Shown here: one piece after another, positions 31,045-42,364 of the stretch
How the letters are laid out: each line of letters begins with the position of its first letter
Position numbering within the stretch: position 1 is the first letter of the stretch
NCBI GenBank assembly: GCA_964019425.1
Contig: OZ025799.1
Coordinates: 186,001-250,000 of the forward strand
Reading direction: 5' to 3'
Source of the DNA: Flectonema sp. DT1601
Taxonomy: Eukaryota
Length of the DNA stretch: 64,000 nucleotides
Translations under genes and position numbers: made by a program
The notes under the pieces: model-generated
Told to the model about the DNA's origin: nothing
Databases searched by the model: none
What the model saw: only the letters and a program-made list of their open reading frames with translations

Positions 31045-32322
31045 CTATATGACTAAGCATTTCCCAGCTAAATTTGCAACCTTCCGTTGCCCTTCAGTGA
31101 TGGTAAATTTATTTGTAGTTTTTTCAGAAGGGTTTAAATTATTGTTTGAAGCAATCCATTTTGAGCACAAATCAACCAGAGGAATGTTACTCATACTATG
31201 TTGAGATAATAAATACATTGGACCAGGCTCTTGTATAGATTCTGTACTGGCTATACAGGGTTGTGAACCAGTATTAAGAAACCCATAACCAAAAAAGACA
31301 CAGTAGTGGGAGTACACTCCGTTGTACAATGCTGGGAGAGAGGTACCAGGATTACGATCGTAAGGAAAAACAATAAGCTTTCCATCATCAATAATACTTT
31401 TAATTACAATTTCAATATCATCAGTTGTGGTTTCCAACACATAGGCATCTTTGAACAACAAGACATCAACAGCCAACCTTTCAAGGTTATTTATATTAAA
31501 AATTTCACCATCAGCGGAATAGCTGCGTTCAACTGCTGTTTCCAGGAGTGTCTTTGCATCTGATGGTAGTTGTTGGTTGTAGTACTCTTTTACCATTCGT
31601 AGTGCGGCAAGGCCACATGATGGTCCGACTTGTCTTTGCCATGGAACATTGACGCAATGATAAGTAAAACATAATTCTGAAACAGTGAGTGACTCACACG
31701 ATGATGATATGAGTGAATGCAACTCTTCATTATCGCGAGATTGGGAAGGAAGCTCTTGAACCAATCGCTTTCTCATCCAGGTAACGTTTTCTCCTTCTCT
31801 CGGATTATCAATATTATCCATCGCAGAAGAATCCATTTTATTCTGTCTCTGAGACAGCATCGATTCCAGAGCTAATATAGCCTGTTGATTAAACTTTCTT
31901 AATACTGGTTTATCAAGATTAATTCTTTGACAGAACATGTATCCACACTTCTCATAGAAACCTTTAGCAGTGGAAGTCCAGAGGTATATGTAGGTGTAAT
32001 TCAATTCTTTAGCAACTTCCTCTAATCCAGACATGAGTTCTTTGCCGTATCCTTTTCCTCTGTGTTTTGTTGAAATTACAACAGATGTGATGGCGCATGC
32101 CATCCCTTCTCCAGTTTCCGCAGCATTTTGAATACGAGCACACCCAACACATTCTGATGAGTTATCGTTTGATTCTAAGAGAAGTCCGAAGGTTCTTCCT
32201 TCTTTTTTATTTTGAATCCTCTCCAGTCTCATCTCCAATGAAATACCTGGCCATTCCTCACATAGACATTCACACGCCTCTCTACAGAGTGAATCGTTGC
32301 TTCCTAACTCAACAACTTTCAT
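31045..32322 (-). CDS. Fusion of an NAA80-like GNAT N-terminal acetyltransferase and an ACTMAP (C19orf54)-like actin maturation protease
   Basis: N-half: EEWP..S...RL, VGCARI, ITSVVI...HRGKGYGKELM..LE, YLWT...GFYEKCGY, TWMRKRL. C-half: QVGPSCGLAALRM, LLETAVERSYSADGEIF, FPYD, GVYSHY, YLLSQ, WIASNNNL, LAGKCLVI. Single uninterrupted ORF. Confidence 0.8.
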   Translation of the reverse strand: MKVVELGSNDSLCREACECLCEEWPGISLEMRLERIQNKKEGRTFGLLLESNDNSSECVGCARIQNAAETGEGMACAITSVVISTKHRGKGYGKELMSGLEEVAKELNYTYIYLWTSTAKGFYEKCGYMFCQRINLDKPVLRKFNQQAILALESMLSQRQNKMDSSAMDNIDNPREGENVTWMRKRLVQELPSQSRDNEELHSLISSSCESLTVSELCFTYHCVNVPWQRQVGPSCGLAALRMVKEYYNQQLPSDAKTLLETAVERSYSADGEIFNINNLERLAVDVLLFKDAYVLETTTDDIEIVIKSIIDDGKLIVFPYDRNPGTSLPALYNGVYSHYCVFFGYGFLNTGSQPCIASTESIQEPGPMYLLSQHSMSNIPLVDLCSKWIASNNNLNPSEKTTNKFTITEGQRKVANLAGKCLVI

Positions 32323-32606
32323 ATTTCCAGAACTGGGATGTAGAAGTAATTGACCAATTGTAAACTATATTCACCTTCGTATCCAACTTGTGTTATAAAT
32401 AGTTCAGTACTTGTAGTGCATCCGGTTCAGTACCTACCAACAAAAAGGACTCAAATCACTATACAAGAATAAGAGGCTAGGGAGGTGCAATCCACGTTGT
32501 AGTCAAAACTCGAAAAACAAAATCCCTTGAAACATCTTGACGGCTTGTCAAAGATATTTAAAAAAAAAAAAAGTAAAAAAAAAAGTAAAAAAAAAAGATT
32601 AAAGCC

Positions 32607-33464
32607 TCAGCTTCCTTTGGATCTGATTTTAATAATCAGCGTGTGTCTTACTCCTTCTGCTAAGGGAGTGACAGAGTGCTCAACGTTTCCGAGATGCATT
32701 AATGCATGACCGGGTTTGTTGTGTGGAAAATCTGTAGTTGTTTCTTCATGAAAGACGCGAAATTTAGCCCCACTAAAACCATTAGATAAACAAATATTTA
32801 ATGTGGCGAGGTCTCCATCAAGGTGTCGAGGCCAGTCATTATTTGTCTTGGTGTCGTATCGCATTACCTTTGGGAGGATTTCATAGCTCTCATTCTTTAA
32901 TGATGGGAACAGTTCTTTCATAAAAGGATCAAATTGCTTCATGAACCCTTCAAATAAACCACTAAGTCCTAAATAAGACATTCTTAAAGCTATTCCACTG
33001 TCATTCGTGACATTTAAAAAGTTCTCAATCTCTCTAGTTAGATTTTTACAGAAATGAGGAGTGAACAACGGAAATGCAAACACGTTGCTTGAATGAGACT
33101 GAACAAAGTTCGGTTTTAACGGTTGCAGCAGCATTTCATTAGAGAAGCGACGCATTTCAGGGAACATAGGCTTATAGTCAATTTCCTGTATTAAAGACTT
33201 CTTTTCTTCACCAGCACCATGCATTCTTAAAACCAAGTGAAATGTTGATTCACGTTGGACGCAGTAGTCAGCCAGCGTCCTGCCATCTTCAAGTTGTTTG
33301 CCAGCAAAGATTAGTCGTTGTTCATTAAGTTCTATGTCTAAGAGTTCTCGTAATTTTCTTTTCACATCACCAACGGTATCCCTTGATGAATAGTCTAGAG
33401 TGTATGTCTCTCCTTGAAGTGTTTTTACAAACAGTTTCGGATCACCTTGAAAATAACCACTCAT
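32607..33464 (-). CDS. Ubiquitin-like domain fused to a 2OG-Fe(II) dioxygenase
   Basis: ATG at 33464 after a CAG acceptor (~33485). [10 protein letters not shown]...[20 protein letters not shown]...ESTFHLVLR, then [37 protein letters not shown] (HxD...H...R). Confidence 0.85.
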   Translation of the reverse strand: MSGYFQGDPKLFVKTLQGETYTLDYSSRDTVGDVKRKLRELLDIELNEQRLIFAGKQLEDGRTLADYCVQRESTFHLVLRMHGAGEEKKSLIQEIDYKPMFPEMRRFSNEMLLQPLKPNFVQSHSSNVFAFPLFTPHFCKNLTREIENFLNVTNDSGIALRMSYLGLSGLFEGFMKQFDPFMKELFPSLKNESYEILPKVMRYDTKTNNDWPRHLDGDLATLNICLSNGFSGAKFRVFHEETTTDFPHNKPGHALMHLGNVEHSVTPLAEGVRHTLIIKIRSKGS

Positions 33465-33784
33465 TGTAGAAGAGAAAACAAACCTGTTGAAATGAAAAGT
33501 ATAAATTATCACAGCAGGTTATTGCCTTTTAGATCGATTCCCTCTCTGACATTTTTTTTTTCCTTCTTGCTGTTAAGCAACCAACTTACACAAATTGTAA
33601 TATGTTGGAATAGTTTCTACTCCTCAAGTGTTCTCAGTTGTTGTCTGAGTTCGAAGTTTGAAAAATGTAATAATAATAAAACAATCGAGAGGATAAATGG
33701 GAGAACTTGTTTCAAAAGAAATGCGCCAAAACAGTACAATCGAAATCCACGTTATTAAATTACGTATAACCCGGATATAGTTTT

Positions 33785-34321
33785 TCATACTTTTATTTTG
33801 ACGAAATGACCCGACGGAAATGATGATTTAATTTCATGTTCTGGATTACTAATTTGAATAAGAGCATTACAAACATGCATGTGAGTGCATACTAGTATAG
33901 GTGAAGGGAGATCAGCGGTGTAGAGGTAGTTAACAAAGTGAGCAAGGCGCTCTTTTAGATGCCGAGTCCTTTCAGGTCTTCTTATTGCTGTTGAAGGAAC
34001 AACTGATTTGTATTCTTTTGAAATAGTGCAGCCGAATGTTTCTGAAGGATATGGAACAGCGTCAGGTAGGTCTGCATGTTGTCTGGAACTTAAAAACTCA
34101 ACTACTCCCCACTCCAGACAAACTTCTATTCCGCTCTTCTTAGCAAATGGTGCTATCGTTTCCAATGTTCTTAAGAATGGTGAGCAAATTATTGTTTTTA
34201 TTCCTGTCTTATCCAACTTCCCTGCCAGTGCTTCAGCATTCTCGCGACCAACATCCTTCAAACGAGATCCGAATGTCTGATCGTGTCCCCGCTTCTCATG
34301 TCTGAGTATGTATATTTCCAT
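33785..34321 (-). CDS. Histidine phosphatase superfamily (phosphoglycerate mutase-like) protein
   Basis: MEIYILRHEKR, CSPFLRTLET, VVE and ILVCTH motifs. Likely ATG at 34321. Confidence 0.85.
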   Translation of the reverse strand: MEIYILRHEKRGHDQTFGSRLKDVGRENAEALAGKLDKTGIKTIICSPFLRTLETIAPFAKKSGIEVCLEWGVVEFLSSRQHADLPDAVPYPSETFGCTISKEYKSVVPSTAIRRPERTRHLKERLAHFVNYLYTADLPSPILVCTHMHVCNALIQISNPEHEIKSSFPSGHFVKIKV

Positions 34322-34400
34322 TCTTATTGTACTGAAGAAACGAATTAAAGAAAATGATAACAAAAACAACATGAGTTATTTCTTAGTAATAATTGTTGTT

Positions 34401-35561
34401 TCATCCGTTGGGAAGTTTTGCAATTAAATTGGATACAATACTAGCCTGCTCTGATCTTTCAATTCTAATCAAAGCTTCATTACAAAGAGAGATATCTTCC
34501 CAGAGAGTGTTGTCAGTTGCTGCTTCGGCTTTTCGGATGCTATCGCATCTGTCTTTTTTTGTTAATTCTTTCAATATTGAAGACTGTTGAGTCACCCACG
34601 ATGATATTGAATCGTGTGGTGATTTATTAAATGATTCATTCATAGTTGATCGACGGAAAATATCCTTCGCAGAGTCGACAACAGATTCTAATTCTAGCGA
34701 TAGTAAATTAATTGACTGTTGAGCAGCATTATACTTTGCAAGCCAATCGGTATTTTCATTTCCAACAAAGACATCTCCAGGAAGTTGATGTTCGCTTGAA
34801 CCCGGAATACTGACAACAAACATAAACGAATCGATGCTGCTTAGTTTTTTTAATAAAATTTCTCGTATAAGAGATGAAACACCCGATACCTTACAATCGA
34901 ATTCATTTTCAAGAAACCGATCTGATTTTACCAACCCGGTTGACTTGTCTATAAGTTTATTGTCTTCACAATACAATAAAAAAACACTTATTATATCATC
35001 CTTCGTCGATCCTATTGTTTTTATAGGTGAGGCAGCACCAAGATTATATAACTGGTGGAGAACACTCCGTAGTTCATTATTTTTTAAGTTTAGTTTATAT
35101 TGTGGTATTTTACCGTGTGCGTCCACACATATATTTACAGATGACGGAGGTGATTTTCCAATTGGAAATTTGTGAGATAAGATAACATAACAACCTCTCG
35201 TTCCTTTTTGATGTTCCCACAAAAGTGTCTTGTTTGGTATCGAAATAGAAATCTTTTTAATTACATCAGTGAACGGAATGGTTTCCTTATCGCTATTGTG
35301 TAGTTGGAAATTAAGTTGAATTGTTTTTGCTGTTTCAGTCGCTCCAGCAATTGGCAGTCCATGTACGATAGAAGAGTAGCATACAAGTGTTAGCTTTATC
35401 GGTTCAGCTTCTCTTACATAGAAATCAGTTGCTGATGAGGCTCGTTGTTTTAAAATTCTTTGTAAAGTCTTTTCTATTTGGATCCCCTCGATCAACATAT
35501 CCCTGTCTTCACACTCACAGAATATACTATTTATTTCAGAACAGAGTTTTATACGTTTCAT
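34401..35561 (-). CDS. Divergent SWIB-domain SMARCD/BAF60-like SWI/SNF subunit
   Basis: FTDVIKKISI...W, SWIB-like TKDDIISVFLLYCEDNKLID...VKSDRFLE.F, and C-terminal FNKSPHDSISSWVTQQS resembling the BAF60 tail. Confidence 0.6.
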   Translation of the reverse strand: MKRIKLCSEINSIFCECEDRDMLIEGIQIEKTLQRILKQRASSATDFYVREAEPIKLTLVCYSSIVHGLPIAGATETAKTIQLNFQLHNSDKETIPFTDVIKKISISIPNKTLLWEHQKGTRGCYVILSHKFPIGKSPPSSVNICVDAHGKIPQYKLNLKNNELRSVLHQLYNLGAASPIKTIGSTKDDIISVFLLYCEDNKLIDKSTGLVKSDRFLENEFDCKVSGVSSLIREILLKKLSSIDSFMFVVSIPGSSEHQLPGDVFVGNENTDWLAKYNAAQQSINLLSLELESVVDSAKDIFRRSTMNESFNKSPHDSISSWVTQQSSILKELTKKDRCDSIRKAEAATDNTLWEDISLCNEALIRIERSEQASIVSNLIAKLPNG

Positions 35562-35729
35562 GCTATCAAATAAGAATCCTGTAAAAAAAGATATAAATAA
35601 TCACAACGGTTCCCGAATCAGTTTTGAGGGGCAGAAGCCCGTGCTGTCGGTGAATAGACAAAACTGAACTATGAAACTAATAATAAATTATAATAATGAA
35701 AAACAAAGTTTTCGTATGTGTAAGTGAAA

Positions 35730-37931
35730 TCATTGCCCAGGGAGACAGGAATTGCGAGGAAAACGAACAGCACCTTTAGGGGAATGTATCTGACCAGGGA
35801 ATATAGGAAGATAGAACTCTGTTAGTGGAGGTGGAAGTGTTAGGTAATCATCAACAGTTGAAAGACGAAGTCGATTTGATGGTCTCAGCTGCTTCCGAGG
35901 AATCGATTGAACTGAAGTATCAGAAGTGGTTTGGTTGCTTAATTCACAATTTGAATTTTGACTTGATTGAGTCTGGTCTTTGTCTTGACTACCACATGAC
36001 TCACCCTCACTCACTACTCTTGTTCTCACAGTCGGTTGATTCACTCCCGCAGTGAGTTGTTTAAGTAAGGATTCCCTAGCAGCGAGTATTCTTAATTCAC
36101 GTGTTCCAGCATGTGTTGTTATTACTGCCCACCAAGCCTTTAAACTATTTATTAATGATCTCGCAGGCAACACACCAACACTACTCTCAAGCATTGGACA
36201 ACGTAACATCAGTTTTGGAAGATGTAGAGAGTGTTTTAAAAGCGTTTCATGATGAAGGCATTCAGTAAGAAACTTTTTTTCTTCGATTGTAAATCGAAGT
36301 GATTGTTGAGTTGGTTGACCTGTTTCATTAAATCTTAACTGAGACATTGCATTGATGAAAGTATCAGAAATATTCATCATGTCAGTAACTCTCTCATTTG
36401 TACAATCCTTCATTCTCACAGATGACTTAGACTTACGAGGTAAACGATGATTTAGATTGCTACTTGTTAGGTATGCTAATTTTGTTTTTCTCGCATGTGA
36501 CTGAATAAGTCCAGATACCAAATCAACAGCTTCTAAAGGTTGAATCTTCTGAAGCGGGCTCTTTGTAATTAAATTATCAGGTGAGAGTAATGAAACATCA
36601 TAATTACTACTTTGAACTCCTAACCAACTGAGTGATCGAAACCAATCAGTCATTTCATGTTCTTTACCACTCAGTTGATCGTATTGATTGGTTATACTGG
36701 ATTGAAGATCTTTAACTTCCTTCTTCCACATGTTTAATTTCCTCATTACTTCAACTGCGGCGGTAGTTCTTCCATTCAAACCTTGTAGTTCTTTTTGTAG
36801 TTTAATTTCTTCTGCTAGTAGTCGATTTTTTATTTCTTTTTTCTTTTTTTCAAGTTCTAGTAATGATGTTTTCTGTTCTGCTAATTGACTTTGATCCCTT
36901 TCGAGATCGTGAGAGGCGTTTCGACGTTTCACCGCATCCTGTTCAATAGAAATTCGATTTCTCTCCAGCTGTGCGACTACTTTTAGGTATTGAGTGTGAA
37001 CTTCTTCAAGATTGTATCGACAACTGTAATATTCGTCGTGGAGGTCTCGAAGTGATTTTCGCTTTACGGTATAGGAATCTTCAGACCATTTTAGCTCTCT
37101 CTTTGTTTTTTCAATTAGTGTGTATTTGTCTTTAAGAAATCTATCTGTGGTAGCCCACTGTTCTTCTAACCCTTCGAGAGAAGTGTTTCTTGATTCTAAA
37201 ACTTTTCTTGCTTGCGAGATGTGTTGTTGTTGTTGTCGTACTTCAACTTCTCGTAATTCTATTGTAGACGCCAACGCAGCAGATGTAGCTGTGGCTGCAG
37301 TTATGTTCTCCTGAACGTCTGCTCTCAAATTTGTTACTTCAATTCGAATTCGTTCTATTTCACTCTCCAGTTGCTGTTTTGATTTTAACCTGACGGATTG
37401 ATTACTTTGTAGTTGATGAAACCTTCTTTCAAACTGAGCGTCACTGGCTGTCATGTTGTCTTCTATGACGTTTATAAGTGTTGAATCTGATGTTATATTT
37501 ATAGCTTCGTCTTCAATGGATGATTGTTGTTTTTCTAATGCTGCGTATGTATGTTCTTGTTGTGACAAGACTGAGTCTTGTGAATTCAGATCTTTTCGTT
37601 TTGCTGCAATTTCTCGAGCTCGTTTTTCACAAGTTTCAACGGCAGCTTCTCGTCTGTCAAGTTCAGCTTTTCTGTTTTCATTTTTACTTTCTGCCTGTCG
37701 AACAGTTCTTCTTCGATCGTCAACTTTCATTTCCGCTTGTCGGATATCTTCGACTCGTATCTTTGCTAAGAATTGAGCAGGTTTCGCAACTTTTGTTTTT
37801 ATTTGATGACCCAATGCAGTCGACAAATTTCTCTTCATCTTCACTGCCGGTACATCTGTTAACGTTGATAATACTGTGGGCAATGATAGAATCGGTCGTT
37901 CTGCATCATTTAAATTACCCGGGCTGGTCAT
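35730..37931 (-). CDS. Long coiled-coil protein (unknown function)
   Basis: 733-aa ORF with extensive E/K/Q/R/L heptad-like helices over roughly residues 55-430. Confidence 0.7.
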   Translation of the reverse strand: MTSPGNLNDAERPILSLPTVLSTLTDVPAVKMKRNLSTALGHQIKTKVAKPAQFLAKIRVEDIRQAEMKVDDRRRTVRQAESKNENRKAELDRREAAVETCEKRAREIAAKRKDLNSQDSVLSQQEHTYAALEKQQSSIEDEAINITSDSTLINVIEDNMTASDAQFERRFHQLQSNQSVRLKSKQQLESEIERIRIEVTNLRADVQENITAATATSAALASTIELREVEVRQQQQHISQARKVLESRNTSLEGLEEQWATTDRFLKDKYTLIEKTKRELKWSEDSYTVKRKSLRDLHDEYYSCRYNLEEVHTQYLKVVAQLERNRISIEQDAVKRRNASHDLERDQSQLAEQKTSLLELEKKKKEIKNRLLAEEIKLQKELQGLNGRTTAAVEVMRKLNMWKKEVKDLQSSITNQYDQLSGKEHEMTDWFRSLSWLGVQSSNYDVSLLSPDNLITKSPLQKIQPLEAVDLVSGLIQSHARKTKLAYLTSSNLNHRLPRKSKSSVRMKDCTNERVTDMMNISDTFINAMSQLRFNETGQPTQQSLRFTIEEKKFLTECLHHETLLKHSLHLPKLMLRCPMLESSVGVLPARSLINSLKAWWAVITTHAGTRELRILAARESLLKQLTAGVNQPTVRTRVVSEGESCGSQDKDQTQSSQNSNCELSNQTTSDTSVQSIPRKQLRPSNRLRLSTVDDYLTLPPPLTEFYLPIFPGQIHSPKGAVRFPRNSCLPGQ

Positions 37932-39978
37932 CCTCGAAGAGTACTGATTTCATGTATTGATGTACTGAAATAGAACTGGATAATTAAAACATAGCAGTGA
38001 ATACAATACTAACCTTCAAATAGAAACGATAACAAACAAACAGATTCGACGATGTTTCTACTTTTTTTAAGGAAAAATTCAAAAAAACGAAATTTCAGAA
38101 TAATCACTAATCTTTCTCAGAGTTAATGAGAAGACTCAGAGGAAATATTTAAAAAAAAAAAAAAAATTCTTTCTTCTGTGCTGTCGCAAGACGGCCAACC
38201 AAGAACCTCTCGCAAGAAAAGTCCACGAGAGAGATTAGTCGCTCGTGGTACCCTTAATTGTAGTTGTAATTTGTACACTTACATTAGATGGCGCTGTAGG
38301 AGCTACCAAACAGGATTTAGATATCTGATAGAAAGTTTTGAACTGAAGCGTAAAAACCCGAAAACCCGTCCGCTGTTTTTCATTGTCTTCAGCATAACCC
38401 GTGCCCAGCTACCAGCAGTTGAGAAACAAATATAAAGACAGAACGAATATAACCTGCCAAAGGATAGGAATGTAGGCTAGTAAACTAGAGCACTCTACTG
38501 GTCAAAAGTAGCTGCTGTTCGTTTTTTGGATGCGAAGTAAAATGTTCGCAACCATCCAACACCCACCTGACAGGAAGACGAAATTACTTCATCAAAAGAA
38601 ACGTAATATTGAAACGGAAAAACAAAAAAAAAAAAGACGGAAAAAAAAAAAAAAAAGAGGTCTGTAAAAAAGAAAAAGCAAAGTCCAGCCTACAGGTTGA
38701 AAGCCTAACTGCGGTTAAAGCCAGCAACACTTCCAATAAATAAAACAGGAAGTCTATGAGCTATTCTCATGCTTAAAATTTTTGTTCGCAAGACTTCACT
38801 CGCCAGAGTAATGAAGATTCTCTCAAGCGTATTCGTTCCCTCATTGCTCATGTGCAATATTTTCTTCTTCGAGGGAAAAACAGACCAAATTTCACAACGT
38901 GTTCACACCATGACTAGGCATGCTGTTAAAAGCATCAAGAATAACAAAGAGAAAAAGAAGGGGGAAAAAAAAAGAATTTCACTCTAACTTAAGTTAAATA
39001 CGGAAATTCTTTGTTATGCTGATGATGTCCTTATGTGCTATGAAGAAGAAAAAAGAAGAAAGAAAAAAAAAACACTGATTGAAAAAAAAGAAAAAAAGAG
39101 GATAATATTGTGCATGAATGACAGTGGTAAAACGTGCTCAACCCACACGTGGTACTTTCTAAGCACATTCAAAAAAAAGAAAAATAATAAGAAATATCGT
39201 AAAGAAAATACCACAAGAGTTGTGTCACCATCCGCGTGTACTGAGAGCTGCACTGACTACCAAAACTAATGCAGTAACTAAACGTTGAATATTTCATTCG
39301 GTTTCTCTGTTTTTTCCTTTGTTTGTTTCTTTTGAATTGCTGTAGTGACATAATAAAAAATGAGTCGACGACGAACATATTCTTTTTTCATAGATTCTTT
39401 TCTTTTTTATGCTTTTATCTCAACCCAAATGGGCAACGACTACTTTTAATACATATAAAACAGGTTGTTAATTAAATTAAATCAAGCATGAACATCGCTT
39501 GTTATGTTTTTTTTTTTTTTTTTTAATTCTAATCGGGTCGCCACAGTTCAAGCTGAGCAGCAGCGTAAAAGCAATCATAGACAAGAAGTGACTTCAATTA
39601 TTTTTATATTTTTAAATAAAAGTATGACGCCAAATTCATAAGAAACAACAAAAGGGTTAATTTGGATGGGGCAACAAAAAAAAAAAAAAAAAAAAGACTT
39701 GCACCGTCTCCCCGAAAACAATTCACCCAACCGGTATGGGTATATCTTACTTTAAATCGAACATGTATGTACGGAGGGAAAAGGGAGGGGGGAGGCTATC
39801 ACCAAAAGTGGAGAATGGTCTCTATGTTCCGTCAGATAGTCCTTGGAGACTGTTCACGTTTATTGCAACCAACGCGTCCAATACATACCGAGAAACATGT
39901 CACAGAGATACTGTCTCACAAGATACATTCGTTTTAACATTTTTTCTTATATCGCTTTCCTTCTTTGTTTCTTTCTTG

Positions 39979-40022
<44 letters not shown>

Positions 40023-41842
40023 ATCAACAAACAATTATATAACCCACACTTTTCTCACTTTTTTTTTTTTTTTTCTTTCCGAAGTTTCCTTCTCACGTCC
40101 AAATGCTTTGCATGACTAGACAATAGTTTCATTCGCACTGAGGCTTGTTATAGACTTTCTTTGTTCATATGTGACAACTCATATTGCAGCTAATCTACAT
40201 TAACATTCCGTTGGGAATAATCATTACCTGTGAAATAAATTACTCGCACTTTTTTTAAATATTTTGCAGATGTTTTTTTTTTTTTTTTTTTTCCCCGACC
40301 CCCATTTAAATTCCCGCTAGTGATGAATTTAGATTGCAGTACACATTGAAAAAAAAAAAAATAAAAAAAACCGAACGTTTTTATGTGCAAGCAAAAAGTC
40401 AACTGCGGGAGAGGAGGCTTATTGATCAACGCTAGATTAAAGGATATTTAACCCTCTTAAAAAAAGAAAATGTCTTGTATTGTTGTCTCAGATGGAGAAT
40501 ATAGACACGACTTAAGGAGCTCTTTTTTTTTTTTTTTTTTCGCAAATCGCAAGTTAATTCATAACCTTTTCGAAAAAGTGTTTCTGGAAGAAAGAAGAAG
40601 CTTCCAATAAACGCGAAGAATCTTGTTCAACAATTAACTACTCGTTTGGTATAGTGATATATTTTGCGAAATTCCAAAAGTGTTGGAAAATCGAAAGGGA
40701 AGAAACCAAAAGTGGTTGCATTGAACAACAGAAAAGGGGAAAACACTATAAAGGGATTTATCGTATAGGAAAAACAAATCGGATCAGTTCTTTTAAGAAA
40801 AGAGATCACCGCATGAAAAACCCTAACTCAGCCGGCAATCGCCACATTGCGGGATGCCTTTGGCAAAAAAGTTATCATAATTTAATAAACAAATAATGGA
40901 AAGAGTTGAACATTGAAAGGAGGGGAAAAAAAAACACTATCACACAACATTAACTTGCAAAAAGAAATCAAGAGTATCGGAGCTTCCAATAGAGCTTCGT
41001 TATTATTTATTATTTACTTTTGACGTGGGATTTTTAATAAAAGAAGTAAATATCAGCAATTTAAGAAGGGGAAAAGAAAAAGAAGAAAAAAAACTCCTTA
41101 CACTTAATTATTTGTTTCACGAATCCATTCGGACTAAGAAACCCTGAAAAGACTACATGTGCTGTCGTCAGGCAATCCAGTTATTATCAAACTGGAACCT
41201 TATTCAGCAGCACTTCTTTGGGTCTGCTTTCACAGTAAACTGAAAGATAGATTAAGGAAGCTAACCTTACAAAAAGAGAGTGTAATGTTGTAAGGGGTCA
41301 GCAAGACTGCATGGCATTGTAGTTTCCTTTGATATTAATTATTACCCACAGAATAAAAACAATGAATATTAACTCATATATAGTTGTCAAAAAAAAAAAA
41401 AAAAAAACAACTTTCCATGCCGCCAACCTTTTTCTTGTTCTTTAAAACAATTGCTTGTTTGGATTCAAAGAAAAAAAAAAAAAAAAAAGAAGGGATTGGG
41501 ATTTTTGTTTTGAAAACATTTTGAAAAATGATTATTGCACTACATAACTAACTTAAATTGCCTTCCAACACTTAACAAAAAAAAACAGAGGGTCCCAAGA
41601 AATCTCCACTCCATGAATAAAAGAGGCATCACTGCCCCGACTGAAAGCCTAACCCAACAGGGAGAGCATCAGACTCGATTAACTTAAATAATGTGTGCAG
41701 AGGACTATATTCTCAATACACACCATTTGATGAGATCGCCATTACAATGCTTGTGTTAGTTAATATCAAATTGGACTTTTTACAACAGCAGTTTGCTTGC
41801 AAGCTCGCAGGTTACACGTCCTTTCCTTCTTGGTAGATAACA

Positions 41843-42364
41843 CTAGTTCTCAACAGCAACAATGTGTTCCTTTGAACAGATATCAGGTAGGAAAGATGTA
41901 GGTTTTGGTTTTAGAGGAATAGTAGTTATGTCTTGTGAACAACTTGGACAAGTTCTAGCCCTGTTAAACCAGCCATCAACACAGGCAGAGTGGAAACAAT
42001 GGTTGCAACTGAGAACTCGAATTTGCTCTCCATCAGAATGGTCTTCCAGACACATTGCACAGTCAGATGATGTTAACTTGTCGGGTAGACAATCACTTCC
42101 AACAGTAACAATATAACTGTGATTGTTAATTTCCGTTTCAGTTAATCCTTTTTTAACTGGATTCTCTTGAGCATCTGGGTAAGCTGTAAATATAAACCCG
42201 AACTCGTTATCAAATAGTAGCCTGGCCATCAGCTCATCTAAAGTTGTACAATAACCGACAACATCTTTAGTACCATCCCCAGGACAATTTTCACTCCAGT
42301 CACCACCATGTGGTTGTGCTGTAGTTGTTTCTATTTCGCTAGTAGCTGAAGCTCCACATCCCAT
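41843..42364 (-). CDS. RING-H2 E3 ubiquitin ligase with N-terminal myristoylation/palmitoylation motif
   Basis: MGCGAS start; CAMC...CNHCFHSACVDGW...CPSC. Confidence 0.88.
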   Translation of the reverse strand: MGCGASATSEIETTTAQPHGGDWSENCPGDGTKDVVGYCTTLDELMARLLFDNEFGFIFTAYPDAQENPVKKGLTETEINNHSYIVTVGSDCLPDKLTSSDCAMCLEDHSDGEQIRVLSCNHCFHSACVDGWFNRARTCPSCSQDITTIPLKPKPTSFLPDICSKEHIVAVEN

